NCBI RefSeq assembly: GCF_030028105.1
Contig: NC_092373.1
Location: 174,445,556-174,509,555, forward strand
Source: Mobula birostris
Taxonomy: Eukaryota
Reading direction: 5' to 3'
DNA length: 64,000 nt
The notes under the pieces are model-generated. The model saw only the letters and a list, made by a program, of their open reading frames with translations, made no database searches and had not been told where the DNA came from. Shown here piece after piece: positions 1 through 11,665 of this stretch. How positions within the stretch are numbered: position 1 is the first letter of the stretch; every line of letters begins with the position of its first letter. A program made the position numbers and the translations under genes.

Positions 1-430
1 TGTCTGTTCCTCTATTTAATCGCCTATCATTACAGCTCTTCTCTTGTCCCCCTCTTCCCTTCTGAGCCACAGAGCCAGACTCGGTGCCAGAGGACTAACT
101 GCTGTGGTTCTCCTCCGCTAGGTTATTCTACACCCCCCCCCCCCCCACCATATCCAAGGTGGTTTTACTGTTATTGAGACAGCCACAAGGGTACTCTGCA
201 CTGGCTGCCTATCGTCTTTCCTCTTTCTGACCCATCTACATGTAGCTTGCACTTCGGGTGTAACTACCTCCCTGTACGACCTGTCGATCAACCCCCCCCC
301 CGCCCCGCCCCCAACCTCCTGAATGATCTTGAGTTCATCCAGCTCCCAGCTCCCATTCCTTAATATGGTCTGTCGTCAGGGACACTGGAGGACACTGCTT
401 TCCCACATTGCACAAGAACAGCATTCCACT
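1..430 (-). mobile_element. CR1 LINE 5'/ORF1-region fragment (decayed)
   Basis: Resembles antisense CR1 ORF1-region sequence (gtaactacctccctgta...atccagctcc). No intact ORF; boundaries approximate. Confidence 0.4.
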
Positions 431-1389
431 ATCCTGTTCTCCACTGCTCTTGATCTCATGTTTTCTCGGTCTTGGGGCACTTTATTACAGTGTTGGTAAC
501 ATACAGTAAAGGAAAATTATCCAGACAACGTAAAATAAAGAAAAATTATCCAGTATTTGCATTCCTTACAGGAATATCATGCATTTGATCAGGTCTAACC
601 CCTGTGAACCTCACACCCAATAAAGGACATCTGAAAGTGGAGTCACTGTTGTAATGTAGAAAATATGGTTCAGTAGGATCATACAGTAAGAGTTCCAATT
701 AATAAAGAACAGTTGTTTTTCATTGTGCAAATCTCAGCTCACTGCTGTATCTAAACTACACCCCCTCTCAGCTGCTGACAGGCACCATCACCCAGTTAAG
801 CAATGTCACAACTCTGAAAATCTCAATGCCATTTTCACATGTTTCCAAGCCTTCACCCTTCCAACCTTTGCTCCTAACACACAACTCTCTGGGATCTTTG
901 TATTCCCCCAACTCTGTCCCAGGATCATACTCAAATCCAACTATTCCTTCAGCTGCCTGGCCCACAGACACTGGAACTCTCCTCCTAATCCTTTCCACCC
1001 ATGTACATCCCTAATTTAGCAGTCTTTGTTTATGTATAGTTTTTCATAAATTCTGTTATATTTCTTTATTTTACTGTAAATGTCTGCAAAAAATAAATTT
1101 CAAGATAATATATGGTAATATATACTTACCTTGCTAATTAATTTACTTTGACTGTAAGATACTCCTTCCAACCCACTAGATGTTGGGTTATCTGACCTCA
1201 TATTCGATCCTGGTCAAATTGTTTAATAACCTCTCACAGAGCATTTCAGTGTTTTCTCCACCCCCCTCTTGGGATGAGTGCAAAATCATTGATTTTGCAA
1301 GTTCACTACTTTCCTAAATAACTTGTACTTCACCAACCTGCTGCAGTCTTGGGGGAGACTCATGGCTGCAGCATAAAGTGCACCAGTGC

Positions 1390-1890
1390 CTCCAATTCAT
1401 CAGGAGGCGAAAGAAACTTGGTGTGTCTCCTTTCACCATGACCAAAGCATCCTATCCTGAAGAATCATGCTTGGTATGGCAACTGCTCTGCCTAAGAATG
1501 CAGGAAACTGCAGACAGTTGTGGACACAGCTCAGCCTCCTCTCCATGAACTCTGTTTACACACCTGATGAAGCAGCCAACATACTCCACCCAACCCAGAC
1601 ATTATCTTTTCTTCCCTCTCTCACTAGACAGAAGATACAAAAGCTTGAAAATATGAATTATCAGGCTCAAGGACAGCATCTACCCCACCGTTAAAAGACC
1701 ATTGAACATTCCACTAATATAATAAAACGGATCACACTTGAATCCAACTATGTCTTCAGCTGTCTGGTCCACAGACACAGGCATTCTCTTCTCACTCTCT
1801 CTACCTCTGTAAGACACTCCTTTCAACAATCAACCTCGTTATGACCTTGCACCTCATTGTCTGCCTGCGCTGCACTTTCTTTGCAACTAA
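1390..1890 (+). mobile_element. Rex-Babar-type LINE 3' remnant (old)
   Basis: Degenerate match to the same C-terminal region as the 2119-2709 ORF (LKKLGVSP...AWYGNCSA...KLQTVVDTAQ...AANI). Confidence 0.5.
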
Positions 1891-1892
1891 CG

Positions 1893-2704
1893 TTTTATAC
1901 TTTATACTTTATTGTCGCCAAACAATTGATACTAGAATGTAAATCATCACAGCGATATTTGATTCTGCACTTCCTGCTCCCTGGATTACAAATCGATAGT
2001 AAATATTAAAAATTTAAATTATAAATCATAAATAGAAAATAGAAAAATGGAACGTAAGGTAGTGCAAAAAAACCGAGAGGCAGGGCTGGATATTTGGAGG
2101 GTACGGCCCAGATCCGGGTCAGGATCCGTTCAGCAGTCTTATCACAGTTGGAAAGAAGCTGTTCCCAAATCTAGCCGTACGAGTCTTCAAGCTCCTGAGC
2201 CTTCTCCCGGAGGGAAGAGGGGCGAAAAGTGTGTTGGCTGGGTGGGTCGTGTCCTTGATTATCCTGGCAGCACTGCTCCGACAGCGTGCGGTGTAAAGTG
2301 AGTCCAAGGACGGAAGATTGGTTTGTGTGATGTGCTGCGCCGTGTTCACGATCTTCTGCAGCTTTTTCCAGTCTTGGACAGGACAACTTCCATACCAGGT
2401 TGTGGTGCACCCTAGAAGAATGCTTTCTACAGTGCATCTATAAAAATTAGTGAGTGTTTCAGGGGACAGACCGAATTTCTTTAGTTTACTCAGGAAGTAA
2501 AGGCGCTGGTGGGCCTTCTTGGCAGTGAACTCTGCTTGGTTGGACCAAGTCAGGTCACTTGTGATATTGACCCCGAGGAACTTAAAGCTTTTGACCTGTT
2601 CCACTTGCGCACCACTGATGTAAATTGGGTCGTGCGGTCCGCTACTCCTTCTGAAGTCAACAACCAATTCCTTCGTCTTGCTGACATTGAGGGATAGGTT
2701 ATTG
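1893..2704 (-). mobile_element. Rex1/Babar LINE, 5'-truncated young copy (RT C-terminus + 3' UTR)
   Basis: ORF 2119-2709 (-) reads NLSLNVSKTKELVVDFRR...FKFLGVNITSDLTWS...KKAHQRLYFL...FYRCTVESIL...NSFFPTVIRLLN, typical of the Rex-Babar RT C-terminus. Confidence 0.85.
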
Positions 2705-3010
2705 TGCATTCTGTTATTACTTCTCCCTTGTACACCTTAGTGTACTGATGTGATGAAGTTATCTGTGTGATGGCACATGTGACAATAATTAACCAATTAC
2801 CAAGACTTGTATTGTAAGAAATAAACATTGAGTGTACTCCCATGCAGAGTTAATACTCGCTTTAATACATTAAACCACAGTTCTACCATTCTTAACCAAT
2901 GCCTGAGCACGACTTTCTACAGCGACCTCCAAACAATAAAATATTTGACATCATGGACCTATTCTGCCACTCCACTTCTTTGTAGTTAATGTCCTTTTCA
3001 TTCCATTTAC

Positions 3011-3031
3011 CTTGGCATAGATACATTTTAC
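3011..3031 (-). CDS. Candidate 21-nt micro-exon (exon 3) of the minus-strand host gene: (G)KMYLCQ(x)
   Basis: Minus strand reads ttttttattag|GTAAAATGTATCTATGCCAAG|gtaaat. Phase 1-1, open and in frame with the 3276-3377 exon. Confidence 0.4.
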
Positions 3032-3275
3032 CTAATAAAAAACACCTACTCCCATAAAACCAACAGCTGAGGTGAAATGTTCTAGATTCCCGCTTGTTTT
3101 TAAGGTTCTCTTTGTCAACCCACTCGATTCCTTTCATCATTTTGACTGAATATCACATGATCTTCTGATTTCAGGACTAAACCATCTCAACGGCTTGTGA
3201 AATTCACCACAGCACACAAGTAATATCTGTGTAGCATTTTATTGTACACATGCTCTACCAGTTCAGCTTTCTTAC

Positions 3276-3377
3276 CTGTGCAATTTACCTGCTGCCTTTG
3301 TCCACATAAATACTTTTCTCCATGCATTGCGCTGGTAGAATTCATATCAGCAGCTGACTGGTTACACCAGGCAAAAC
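3276..3377 (-). CDS. Candidate internal exon (exon 2) of the minus-strand host gene: (G)FAWCNQSAADMNSTSAMHGEKYLCGQRQQVNCT(G)
   Basis: Acceptor cattctctttcctag| and donor CAG|gtaaga, 102 nt. Only the phase-1 frame is open, matching the phase of exon 26913-26961. Lies in sequence not recognised as repeat. Confidence 0.55.
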
Positions 3378-3439
3378 CTAGGAAAGAGAATGTCTTTAAA
3401 TTTACAGATCCAAAAGCAAATGTACTCATTTACATAACA

Positions 3440-3920
3440 GTCATAGGGCAATACAATAAAGATACAGGCACTTCAGCCCAACCAGTCCATCCCAACTCCA
3501 TTGTTCACAAAGCTAGTCCCAATTCCTGCATTCAGTCCATTTCCTCAAAGCAACACCACTCCAAATAATTAACAAAGTGCTTCTTACATAACACAATTGT
3601 ACCTGTCCCAACAACTTCCTCTGCCACCCTCTTCATGAAGGAATTGCCTCTCAGGTCCCTTTTAAATCTTTCCCTTCTCACCCTAAAACTATGTCCCCTA
3701 GGTTTGGATTCCCTACACTGGGAAAAAGATTGTTTGCATCCAACTTATCTATACCTCTCATAATTTCAAACACCATTATGTTCATCCCCCATTCTCCCAT
3801 GTTTCAAGGAATAAAGACCTAATCTGATCAACCTCTCCTTATAACTCATGCAATTTAATCCTGGCAACGTCATTGTAAATCTTCTCTACACTCTTTCCAA
3901 TTTAACTATGTCTTTCCTAT
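3440..3920 (-). mobile_element. CR1 LINE 3' fragment
   Basis: Antisense CR1 RT 3' end similar to 55779-56450. Confidence 0.65.
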
Positions 3921-5084
3921 GTGTCCCAGTAAATGCCAACTCTCACCCCCACCAAGTTTTCTTCAACTCCTCTCTCTTCCAGCAGCACCCTTACCTCTAG
4001 TATCCAGTACTGCTCTGTAGAGGGTTCAGTGGGTGTGTGATTGAGTATCACACCAGCCATAGGTTTCCCAAAGGCAGATCAGATTAAAAGTGGCACCCCA
4101 AAGCTCAAGCAACATGCACAAATAAATAACAAAATTATCTCCAGCATTAATCCACAAACATACAGATGAATTAATCTGTTCCCACGTCGAGTTAACACAC
4201 ACGGCAATAGTTTCTAATGATGAAATAGTAAAATCCATCAGTCCAAACTTGCACAATCAAGCCAGTGATGAGAGTCGGATACAGAGAACTGCTGACTTGT
4301 TACCAGTAAGTGATTAAAGTGATGTGGCCAGGAAAGTAAAAATGTTTAGACAGCTTACAGGAGTTCTGCACATTCCCAGATAAAGATGCCAGTTCTATTA
4401 ATCCTTGATGGAAATGGAATGCCTCAAAGTGATCTGCAACCACTTTTAAAGTGCAGTCACCATTCTAACGAAAACAGAACAGATAATTTGTGCACAGGAA
4501 CATTGTGTAAGCAGCAATGACCCAATAACACACTTTAGTAACACCGTATCAGAGCTAAACTATTGTCCAGGACTTCAAGAGAACTGTTGAGTTCTTTTGA
4601 TTTTAAAAAAAAAAGCAGAAAGGGTTTTGGTTCAGCAGTTTGTTTGCAATATAGTGCAGTCATGTCTCACTGAAGCTTCAGCGCAGATTTTTGCGTTGAA
4701 TGTTTTGCAGTGGAATTTAAAATAAAGATTTGTGATCATTCGCCACAGTTGACACTTCGTACAAATGAAAAATACTACAGATGCTGGAAATCTAAAGCAA
4801 AAAACAGAAATAGCTGGAAATACTCAGCAGGTCAGGTGTCCTCTACAGAAAGAGAAAACATTTCCAGGTTAAAATGGGTTATTTCAGATATTCAACATCT
4901 TTCAGGTTTTCTTTATTTTCGTTTTCTTGTTGAATTCACTGCCACTCCTGTTCCAGGGAATGCTGAACTTGAAGAAGCTCCAGACAGCTCTCCAATGAGA
5001 TTTCTGTCTATTTCTTTTGCCTTTTTCATGCTCAGTGGTTTCTATTTCCTCATATTTTTGATACAATTACAGCACATGTTAGAT

Positions 5085-5207
5085 CACAAGACACAGGAGC
5101 AGAATTAGGCCATATGGCCCATCAAGTCTGCTTCACTATTTGATCATGGCTGATTTATTTTCCCTCACAACTCTATTCTTCTGTATTCTCACCGTAATCT
5201 TTGACAC
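5085..5207 (-). mobile_element. CR1 3' end, left half; target of LTR element A (resumes at 12065)
   Basis: ggagcagaattaggccat...tttgacac joins seamlessly to cctgactaatcaagaacc at 12070. Compare the intact CR1 3' end at 49923-50070. Confidence 0.75.
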
Positions 5208-5323
5208 TGTAGTGATATCACGTGCAATGATGTGCCAGTACATGATTGAACAGAGCACTGAGCATGCACGGGATTGCCAGAATGTTCCAGCACGTGGCTG
5301 GGTTAAGGCGTGTTTGTTTATTA

Positions 5324-8300
5324 TGTAAGGGGGTTTCGTCTTTTACTGCGTAGGCTAATTAAAATGGCTTCTTTGTTATGTTATATTTGGGAATGCTTCT
5401 TTGTTATGTTAAATGCTGAGAAAGTCCTCCCGCTAGCAGTTTGTTGAATCGCGTTATCGATAAGATGTTATGAACCAACTGGGATAGTTGTTACGTTTTT
5501 GGTGTATCTGTAAGATTTGTATGCGTGGGGTTTTGGGGGGAGAAGGCGGGAGAGAGAGAGAGACAGAGGATGGACCAGGTGCTGTGATGTCCGCTAACAG
5601 GGTTGGACCCCAAGGAGAGTGTTCGGCAAGGAGACAGAGATGGACTCGTGTGGAGCGCCAGGTCAACCACCGTTGTTGGTCCTAGGCGGCCGGTCGAGGT
5701 GGTCTGAGGGGTCGCAGGGTGAAGAAGAGAGTCCTGAGCTCCAACTGTTTGTGCACGAAGAGATTGAACTTTGATAAGTGTGGCGCCTTTTATTTTCCTT
5801 TTATATTTTATTCTCTCTTAATTATATAGTTCCAGTCATATCTATAAACTGTATATCATTTAATCATATCTGGTGTACTGTCTGTTATTTGGGCAGGGTG
5901 GGGTACATCACACAGCATCCACACAAACTATTACCCAGTTTGGGGGGACCGAGGGCTGTTTCCCTAGACGACAGCGAGCCGAGCGACCCTGAGGGTGGCC
6001 GGGGGGCTACATTGTGGGGCCTTTCGTCCAGAATTGGATCTACTGGTACGCTGTGTGGTTGCCCTTTTTAAATCAGTAATGTGTGTCCCTGTGGGTTATT
6101 TGCTAGTTATTGCTGTATGCATGGTGGGTGAGGTCTTTGTTCGAGTTCAGACTAGCATTGACGAGCTGGAGGTGGAACTCGGCGCTGTCCATGCTGTTGG
6201 GAGAGAGAGGAAAGAGTGGTCTGATTCGGAGGTAGGGTCTGCGAATAAATGTTCTAGCTCTGGCAGGCTCCGCCTGGTACTTGGGATAGTGTCCACCCCA
6301 AGAGGGGCGGAGGCGTGCGAGACGAGGGCGGAGCGGATCTCTCAGTTGTTAGATGAGTGGCAGTGCTCGGTTGAGGGAGAGCGACAGGGATTGGTTGAAA
6401 GTTTAAGTAGGTGGGCTGGTGACGGTGTTAGAGCTGTCAGGTTCACTTACACCGTAGTGACAGCTGTCAGTTATTTGAACGAGGGGGGAAAGTTTTCAGT
6501 GTGTCTTCTCTGGCTAGGATGGAGGCTAAATTGCTTGCAGTGCCAGGGGGATCATTTCAGGGGATCAGCCCCTCCTTCAGTTGTTCAGCTGATCAGAGAG
6601 GTGTCAGGAAACTCAGTGGAGGCCCAGTGGGGGAACGGCTTGGGGTCTCTGGGGAAGCACGTTCCCAGCAATGTACCAATGAACTTCTGCAAGGAAAAGA
6701 CCCTATTCCTGAAGGCTTGGAGGGACCACGTCCCAGGGTGTCGTTATGGATTGAGGAAAGTGACGCTAAAGCCATCCTCGACCCCGGGGCGCAGGTCAAG
6801 TTGTTGTACAGTTCATTTTACAACCAGTATCCGAAGCATTAACCCTTGACAACCCCAAGGGCACCAGAGATTTTAGGTACCAGTGCCAGTAGTTATCCAG
6901 AAGACGATGATTGGTTAATGACCCTGGAGTTCATGGGGGCATTGTCTGGGCACCCAGCATGTCGAGTTGCTTCTGAGGACGTGTGTAGCAGCCTTGAGCC
7001 AGTACCGAATTTAAGCGAGACCCAGCAGTGGTACAGCCTGGGGAAAGTAGCTGAGGGTGAGACCCTCTTAGTAGATGCTCCGAACTACCACGAGGGAGGG
7101 GAGTTGACCGCTGAAGACACCTCAGTGAGAGAGAGGTCGCGGCAACTGGACCCTGGCGCCGTGGAAGATGTAGGCAGTGGGTGTGTGGATTATGCAACGT
7201 GGTTTAATGTGCTAGATCTGAGGGGTGGATGTTGCCAGATCCCGAGGAGTGCGGCTGTTGAGCCGAAGGCGGCCGTTATTAGTTCCCTAGGATTCTTCTG
7301 AGCCAAAAAGATGCCCAAGGGCATATCCGGAGCCCCTGCATCCTTCCCGCGGGGCATGAGGAAGACCATGGGGGAAGTGAAGGTGTGTGGAGTTTTGACG
7401 TATGTGGATGACCGCCTAGAGCTTGGATTCGCCTGGGGGGACTATGAAGCGAGGCGAGTGGCTGAGCCTGGGCGACAGAAGCGAAGTGTCAAATGTGGAG
7501 GAGTTTTTGGCCAGAGGAGTTTGGTGCAATGTGAGAAAATTGACCCGACATACCAGTTGAACTTCCTGGTGTTGGAACAGACAGTGGTGGACCTGGGGAT
7601 GGAAACCCAGGTCGTCAATCTGAATGAGACACAGGAGAGAGAGGGGATTTCCACCGTTGAACTGAGTGCTCAGAAATGCCGGCCAGAGACTGAGTGCTGC
7701 ACTTGTGGGACGACCATTGCAGACTTAGAATTCACGCTCGTCAACGTGGAGAAGGAGCAACGGAATTCCAAGCCAACACTGCGGTCATGTACTGATGAAT
7801 TAATCCAGCGAGAAGAAACAATGACCCACCTTCGAAGGGATCAGCAGAAACTCAAGACATCAATTCAGAAAAGATTGGAAGACTTACAAGTTGGAGAAGA
7901 TCAAGGAAGTGTTCTGACTAAGGCCAACCGAAAACCGAGAGCCCAGGGAGGGGAGTTTGACTACACTCCCGAGGAGGTGAAGAAATGGAGGACAGATCTC
8001 GGAAAAGGGAGGCGGACGCTTGAAAGGAACCTGAAGATGACCATCAAGAGTTTAAATGAAGGGGAAAATCTGAAAGTTGACCGGGAAGACATCATCAGGA
8101 AGTAAAAACTGGAGGCTGAACATCCTTTAACTGCTGCTTTTCAGGTCAGGATGGAAGAAGCTGGTGGGGTAGATGCGTCCCAGATTGAGATGGCCAAGAA
8201 CCCTGAGTCAGAACTGCTGAGGCTGTGGCGAGGGTTGAAGGAGTCCCCGAAGAAGCTGACGTCCCGACTGCAGGAGGCTGAAGGGATAGCCCCGGCTAAA

Positions 8301-9536
8301 TGTTTCAGTTTGGAGAAACTTAAACAGCAGCTACCGATCGAGGGAATGAGGAAGAATACGGATTCGAAGGATGGTGTGCTGCACATGCTGCCTATGTGGT
8401 ACATGCTGCCTTTCGCTAACTTCCCTGTGATTGAGGAAGAGACCTTTGGTCCTTCTCCCACTGAGTCAGGTGTAGTGGAGAGGGCTAGCTGTGGGCAGTC
8501 TGAGTTACGGCAGGATCAGGAAGGAAAAGAAGTGGGGCCCCGGTCACGGGACAGGGGGCTCTGAGCTGTAATGGTGGCCTGAGTGAGAGAGGAGTTGGCA
8601 AGCAGGCCTGAGGTATCCCTAGTAGTGTCAGAGCCTTTTGGGTTTAGGTGAGGGGGTACGGAGGTCTCGGAGGGTTAAGAAGCTCCCAGATAGGTTGGCC
8701 TATGTAGCGCCCGTGGGACAGGCGTAAGGTCCACTGTTTGGGGAGCACTGTCGCTGTGTGTATCTGTGTATGTGTGTGTTGTGTGTCTGCAGGACTGGCT
8801 GGCGAGTTATTTAGAAGTCATGAGGACATGACTTTATTTGGTGGGGGCAGAGTGTAAGGGGGTTTCGTCTTTTACTGTGTAGGCCAATTAAAATGGCTTC
8901 TTTGTTATGTTATACTTGGGAATGCTTCTATGTTATGTTAAATGCTGAGAAAGTCCTTCCGCTAGCAGTTTGCTGAATCAGGTTACTGATAAGAAGATGT
9001 TATGTATGAACCAACTGGGATAGTCGTTATGTTTTTGGTGTATCTGTAAGATTTGTATGCGCGGCATTTTGGGGAGAGAAGGTGGGAGAGAGAGACAGAG
9101 GATGGACCAGGTGCTGTGATGTCCACTAACGGGATCGGACCCCGAGGAGGGCGTTCGGCAAGGAGACAGAGACGGACTCATGTGGAGCGCCTGGTCGACC
9201 ACCGTTGTTGGTCCCAGGCGGCCGGTCGAGGTGGTCCGAGGGGTCGCAGGGTGAAGAAGAAGGGTCCTGAGCTCCAACTGTTTGTGCACGAAGAGATTGA
9301 ACTTTGAAAAGTGTGGCACCTTTTATTTTCCTTTTCTATTTTATTCTCTCTTAATTATATAGTTCCAGTAATATCTATAAACTGTAAATCATTTAATCGT
9401 ACTGTCTGTTATTTGGGCGGGGTGGAGTACATCACACAGCATCCACACAAACTAATTACCCACTTTGGCGGGGCCAAGGGCTGTTTCCGTAGACGACAGC
9501 AAGCTGAGCGACCCTGAGGTTAGCCGGGGGGCTACA
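5324..9536 (+). mobile_element. LTR element B: non-autonomous Gypsy with PNMA-like gag, inserted in the 5' LTR of element A
   Basis: LTRs 5324-6011 and 8853-9536 (TGTAAGGGGG...GGCTACA); TSD ATTA at 5320-5323 and 9537-9540. Degenerate tRNA-Pro-like PBS after 6011; purine tract before 8853. Gag QLLDEWQCS...LVESL, protease [11 protein letters not shown] remnants VLDLRGG / MPKGISGAPASF / YVDD. Confidence 0.92.
7521..8342 (+). pseudogene. Captured sarcomeric myosin heavy chain rod fragments (MYH16-like) inside element B
   Basis: [71 protein letters not shown] and [11 protein letters not shown]...[13 protein letters not shown] match recalled myosin II rod motifs (IDDLELTLAKVEKE, LDDLQAEEDKVNTLTK, RLEEAGGATSAQIEM, KKLAQRLQEAE...AKCASLEKTKQRL). 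Confidence 0.85.
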
Positions 9537-10245
9537 ATTACTGTAAATAAAAGTTCTCTAATTCTTTCAGAATATGATTCTTTACTGTTAACTCACGGTA
9601 TGTTTAAACAGAAGTAACATAACATGGTGTCAGAAAGCGTAGGAGAACATGCGAGTTTGGATTGCTCACAGACTCTCTCATTAAAGATAGATTTGTTTGT
9701 GGCATTCGAGATAATGCTTTGAGAGAAAGGCTGTTGAGAGAGCAAGATTTAAATTTTGAAAAAGCTCTGGCGCTTTGCAAAGTTTCTGAGACTGTGACGT
9801 TGCAGACTGAAGAGCTTTTTATCGAAAACTGCAATGTAAACGCTGTAAAAAAAGCGCAAATACATCAAAAAATATAATAATACGTTGACAAAGCCAACAG
9901 AGAACAAGATGGCATTGGAAAGAAAAAAGTCATGTGATCGCTGTGCGCGGGAACATCGTCCAAATCAGTGTCCCACATACAGCAAAATTTGCAATGGCTG
10001 CGTTAAGATTAATCATTTTTCACGCTGTTGTTAAAGTAGAAAGAAGGAAAATAAAATGAAACAAGTAAATACTATGCTTGAAGATGAACGTGAGGAATTT
10101 TACATAGATGTGCTTTATGAAAGTAAACAAAGTAAGAATGACTGGACTATTCCGTTGCAAGTGAATCAAAACAATATTCTGTTTAAATTTGATACTGGAG
10201 AGCAAGTAAATGTTCTTGCAGAATCTGAGTTTAATGCTTTAAAGC

Positions 10246-11078
10246 TGTGACAACAAACCAAGTTATCGGAAGATTGATGCTAATGAGAAAGAGATAAGGG
10301 AGACAATGGAGGAACGTTCAAAATGTTAATGAGAGAGAAGAGAGAGATAACGGAAAAGAAACACAGTTCAGAATATTGACAGACCGGTTGCTTTGAACCT
10401 GAACTGTTTGAAGTTTGATGGACAGGCGATACCCCGGCAGGGGGATAAAAAGAACAGGTTCGCTAAGGCACGACACACACCACGAGATCACGAGATAATG
10501 AGACCCTGGAAGAGCGGTGTGCCCCCACAAGTTGGTGGGAGCTTGGAGGTCTGATCGCGGGAACCGACCATAGACGCACAGGGTGAAAAAGGTACGATCG
10601 GTGGGAACCTGGTGTGTGTGTCCGGCCTTGCCTGGGTGCCGGGTTCACCGCGGAAGAATGGTTGTATCCGGAACGGAGGGGTCTCAGTCAGTGACCACAG
10701 AAGACATAAAAAAGGGTCCGCCCGAAAGCCAACTGTGAAGAACATCAAAGGTCTGTCTGAATCAAAATTTGCATTCTCTCTCTCTCCAACGGCACAACAG
10801 CGATTACTGCGAACTGTACTAAGCTGAACTGAACTCTGCGTCACTTAAGACTGATCATTTTACCCCTAGACTGCGATAGAGCTTGGTTGATTCCTGTTAC
10901 CCTAGTTCTGTGTACACGTGTGTATTATCATTGCTAACCTGCTGCATTTATATCCTTACGATTAGAGTACTGTGTTACTTACTTCTTTAATAAAACTTTA
11001 TTAGTTTCTGTTAAACCAGACTCCAACTAAGTGGTCCATTTCTGCTGGTTTGGCAACCCAGTTACGGGATACGTAACA
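10246..11078 (+). mobile_element. Solo LTR (element C, 833 bp) inserted in the protease region of element A
   Basis: TGTGAC...GTAACA termini; TSD AAGC at 10242-10245 and 11079-11082; AATAAA near 10989. Removing it restores EFNALKPRPKLHQT. Confidence 0.85.
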
Positions 11079-11276
11079 AAGCCAAGACCAAAGTTACATC
11101 AGACAAATATAAAAGGTATTCAGGTGCAGACATCGTGGCCAAGGTATCACACAAAAATATTGTGCATACGCTTTCATTTGTGGTCGTACCAAAAAAATGT
11201 ACAATCAATTCTGGGTTTATCTGCCTGTGAAAGTCTTAATTTGGCGAAAAGAATTTTTGTCTTGGATAGTGACACA

Positions 11277-11491
11277 GAGCTGAAGCGACAGAATGTTGCA
11301 CTACAGTCGGCAGAAGGTGATGTAACTCGACTGCAGGTCCAGCTCAAGGAGGCAATTATGATATGAAAAAGCAATGGCAGGAGGAGGTTGCTTCAATGCA
11401 AGCAATAATGAAAGAGACACTGAGAGAATACAAGATTCAGTTTCATCACTGTCTAGAGCAAGAACGCTCACAGTGGGCACAGTATAAGGAA
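11277..11491 (+). pseudogene. RABEP1: Captured Rabaptin-5 N-terminal coiled-coil fragment inside element A (resumes 11621-11665)
   Basis: ELKRQNVALQSAEGDVTRLQVQL..EAI..MKKQWQEEVASMQAIMKETLREYKIQFHHCLEQERSQWAQYKE versus recalled human DLKRQNAVLQAAQDDLGHLRTQL...EAIDEVKRQWREEVASLQAVMKETVRDYEHQFHLRLEQERTQWAQYRE. Confidence 0.9.
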
Positions 11492-11620
11492 GAAGTGAAA
11501 GCACGAGTGAAGGAATTGAGACATATTGAAATGAAGTCTCAGCATAAAAAAGAGATTACACAGTTAATGAATGAATTAGATGAAGAAAAGAAGATTTGTA
11601 TTTCATTACGCATGGAAGTG
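11489..11620 (+). pseudogene. SH3KBP1: Captured CIN85 C-terminal coiled coil inserted within the RABEP1 fragment
   Basis: [44 protein letters not shown] versus recalled human [46 protein letters not shown]. Confidence 0.85.
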
Positions 11621-11665
11621 CAATGTGAATCAACTGATCTAAGGAGACGTTTGTCTGAAGGACAA
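11621..11665 (+). pseudogene. RABEP1: Second RABEP1 fragment
   Basis: QCESTDLRRRLSEGQ versus recalled human EREIADLRRRLSEGQ; followed in frame by an integrase C-terminal-like tail GDKVRIQ...RSYMIQTEEGAVLRKNRK. Confidence 0.85.

Noticed and set aside
2892-3140. 82-aa minus ORF as a full exon
   Set aside because: The upstream acceptor near 3165 gives a stop in the required phase; only the 21-nt portion has good splice signals.
7521-11665. Genuine host MYH, RABEP1 or SH3KBP1 loci
   Set aside because: Fragments are intronless, internally deleted, mutated and enclosed by LTRs with TSDs, so they are cargo rather than the parent genes.
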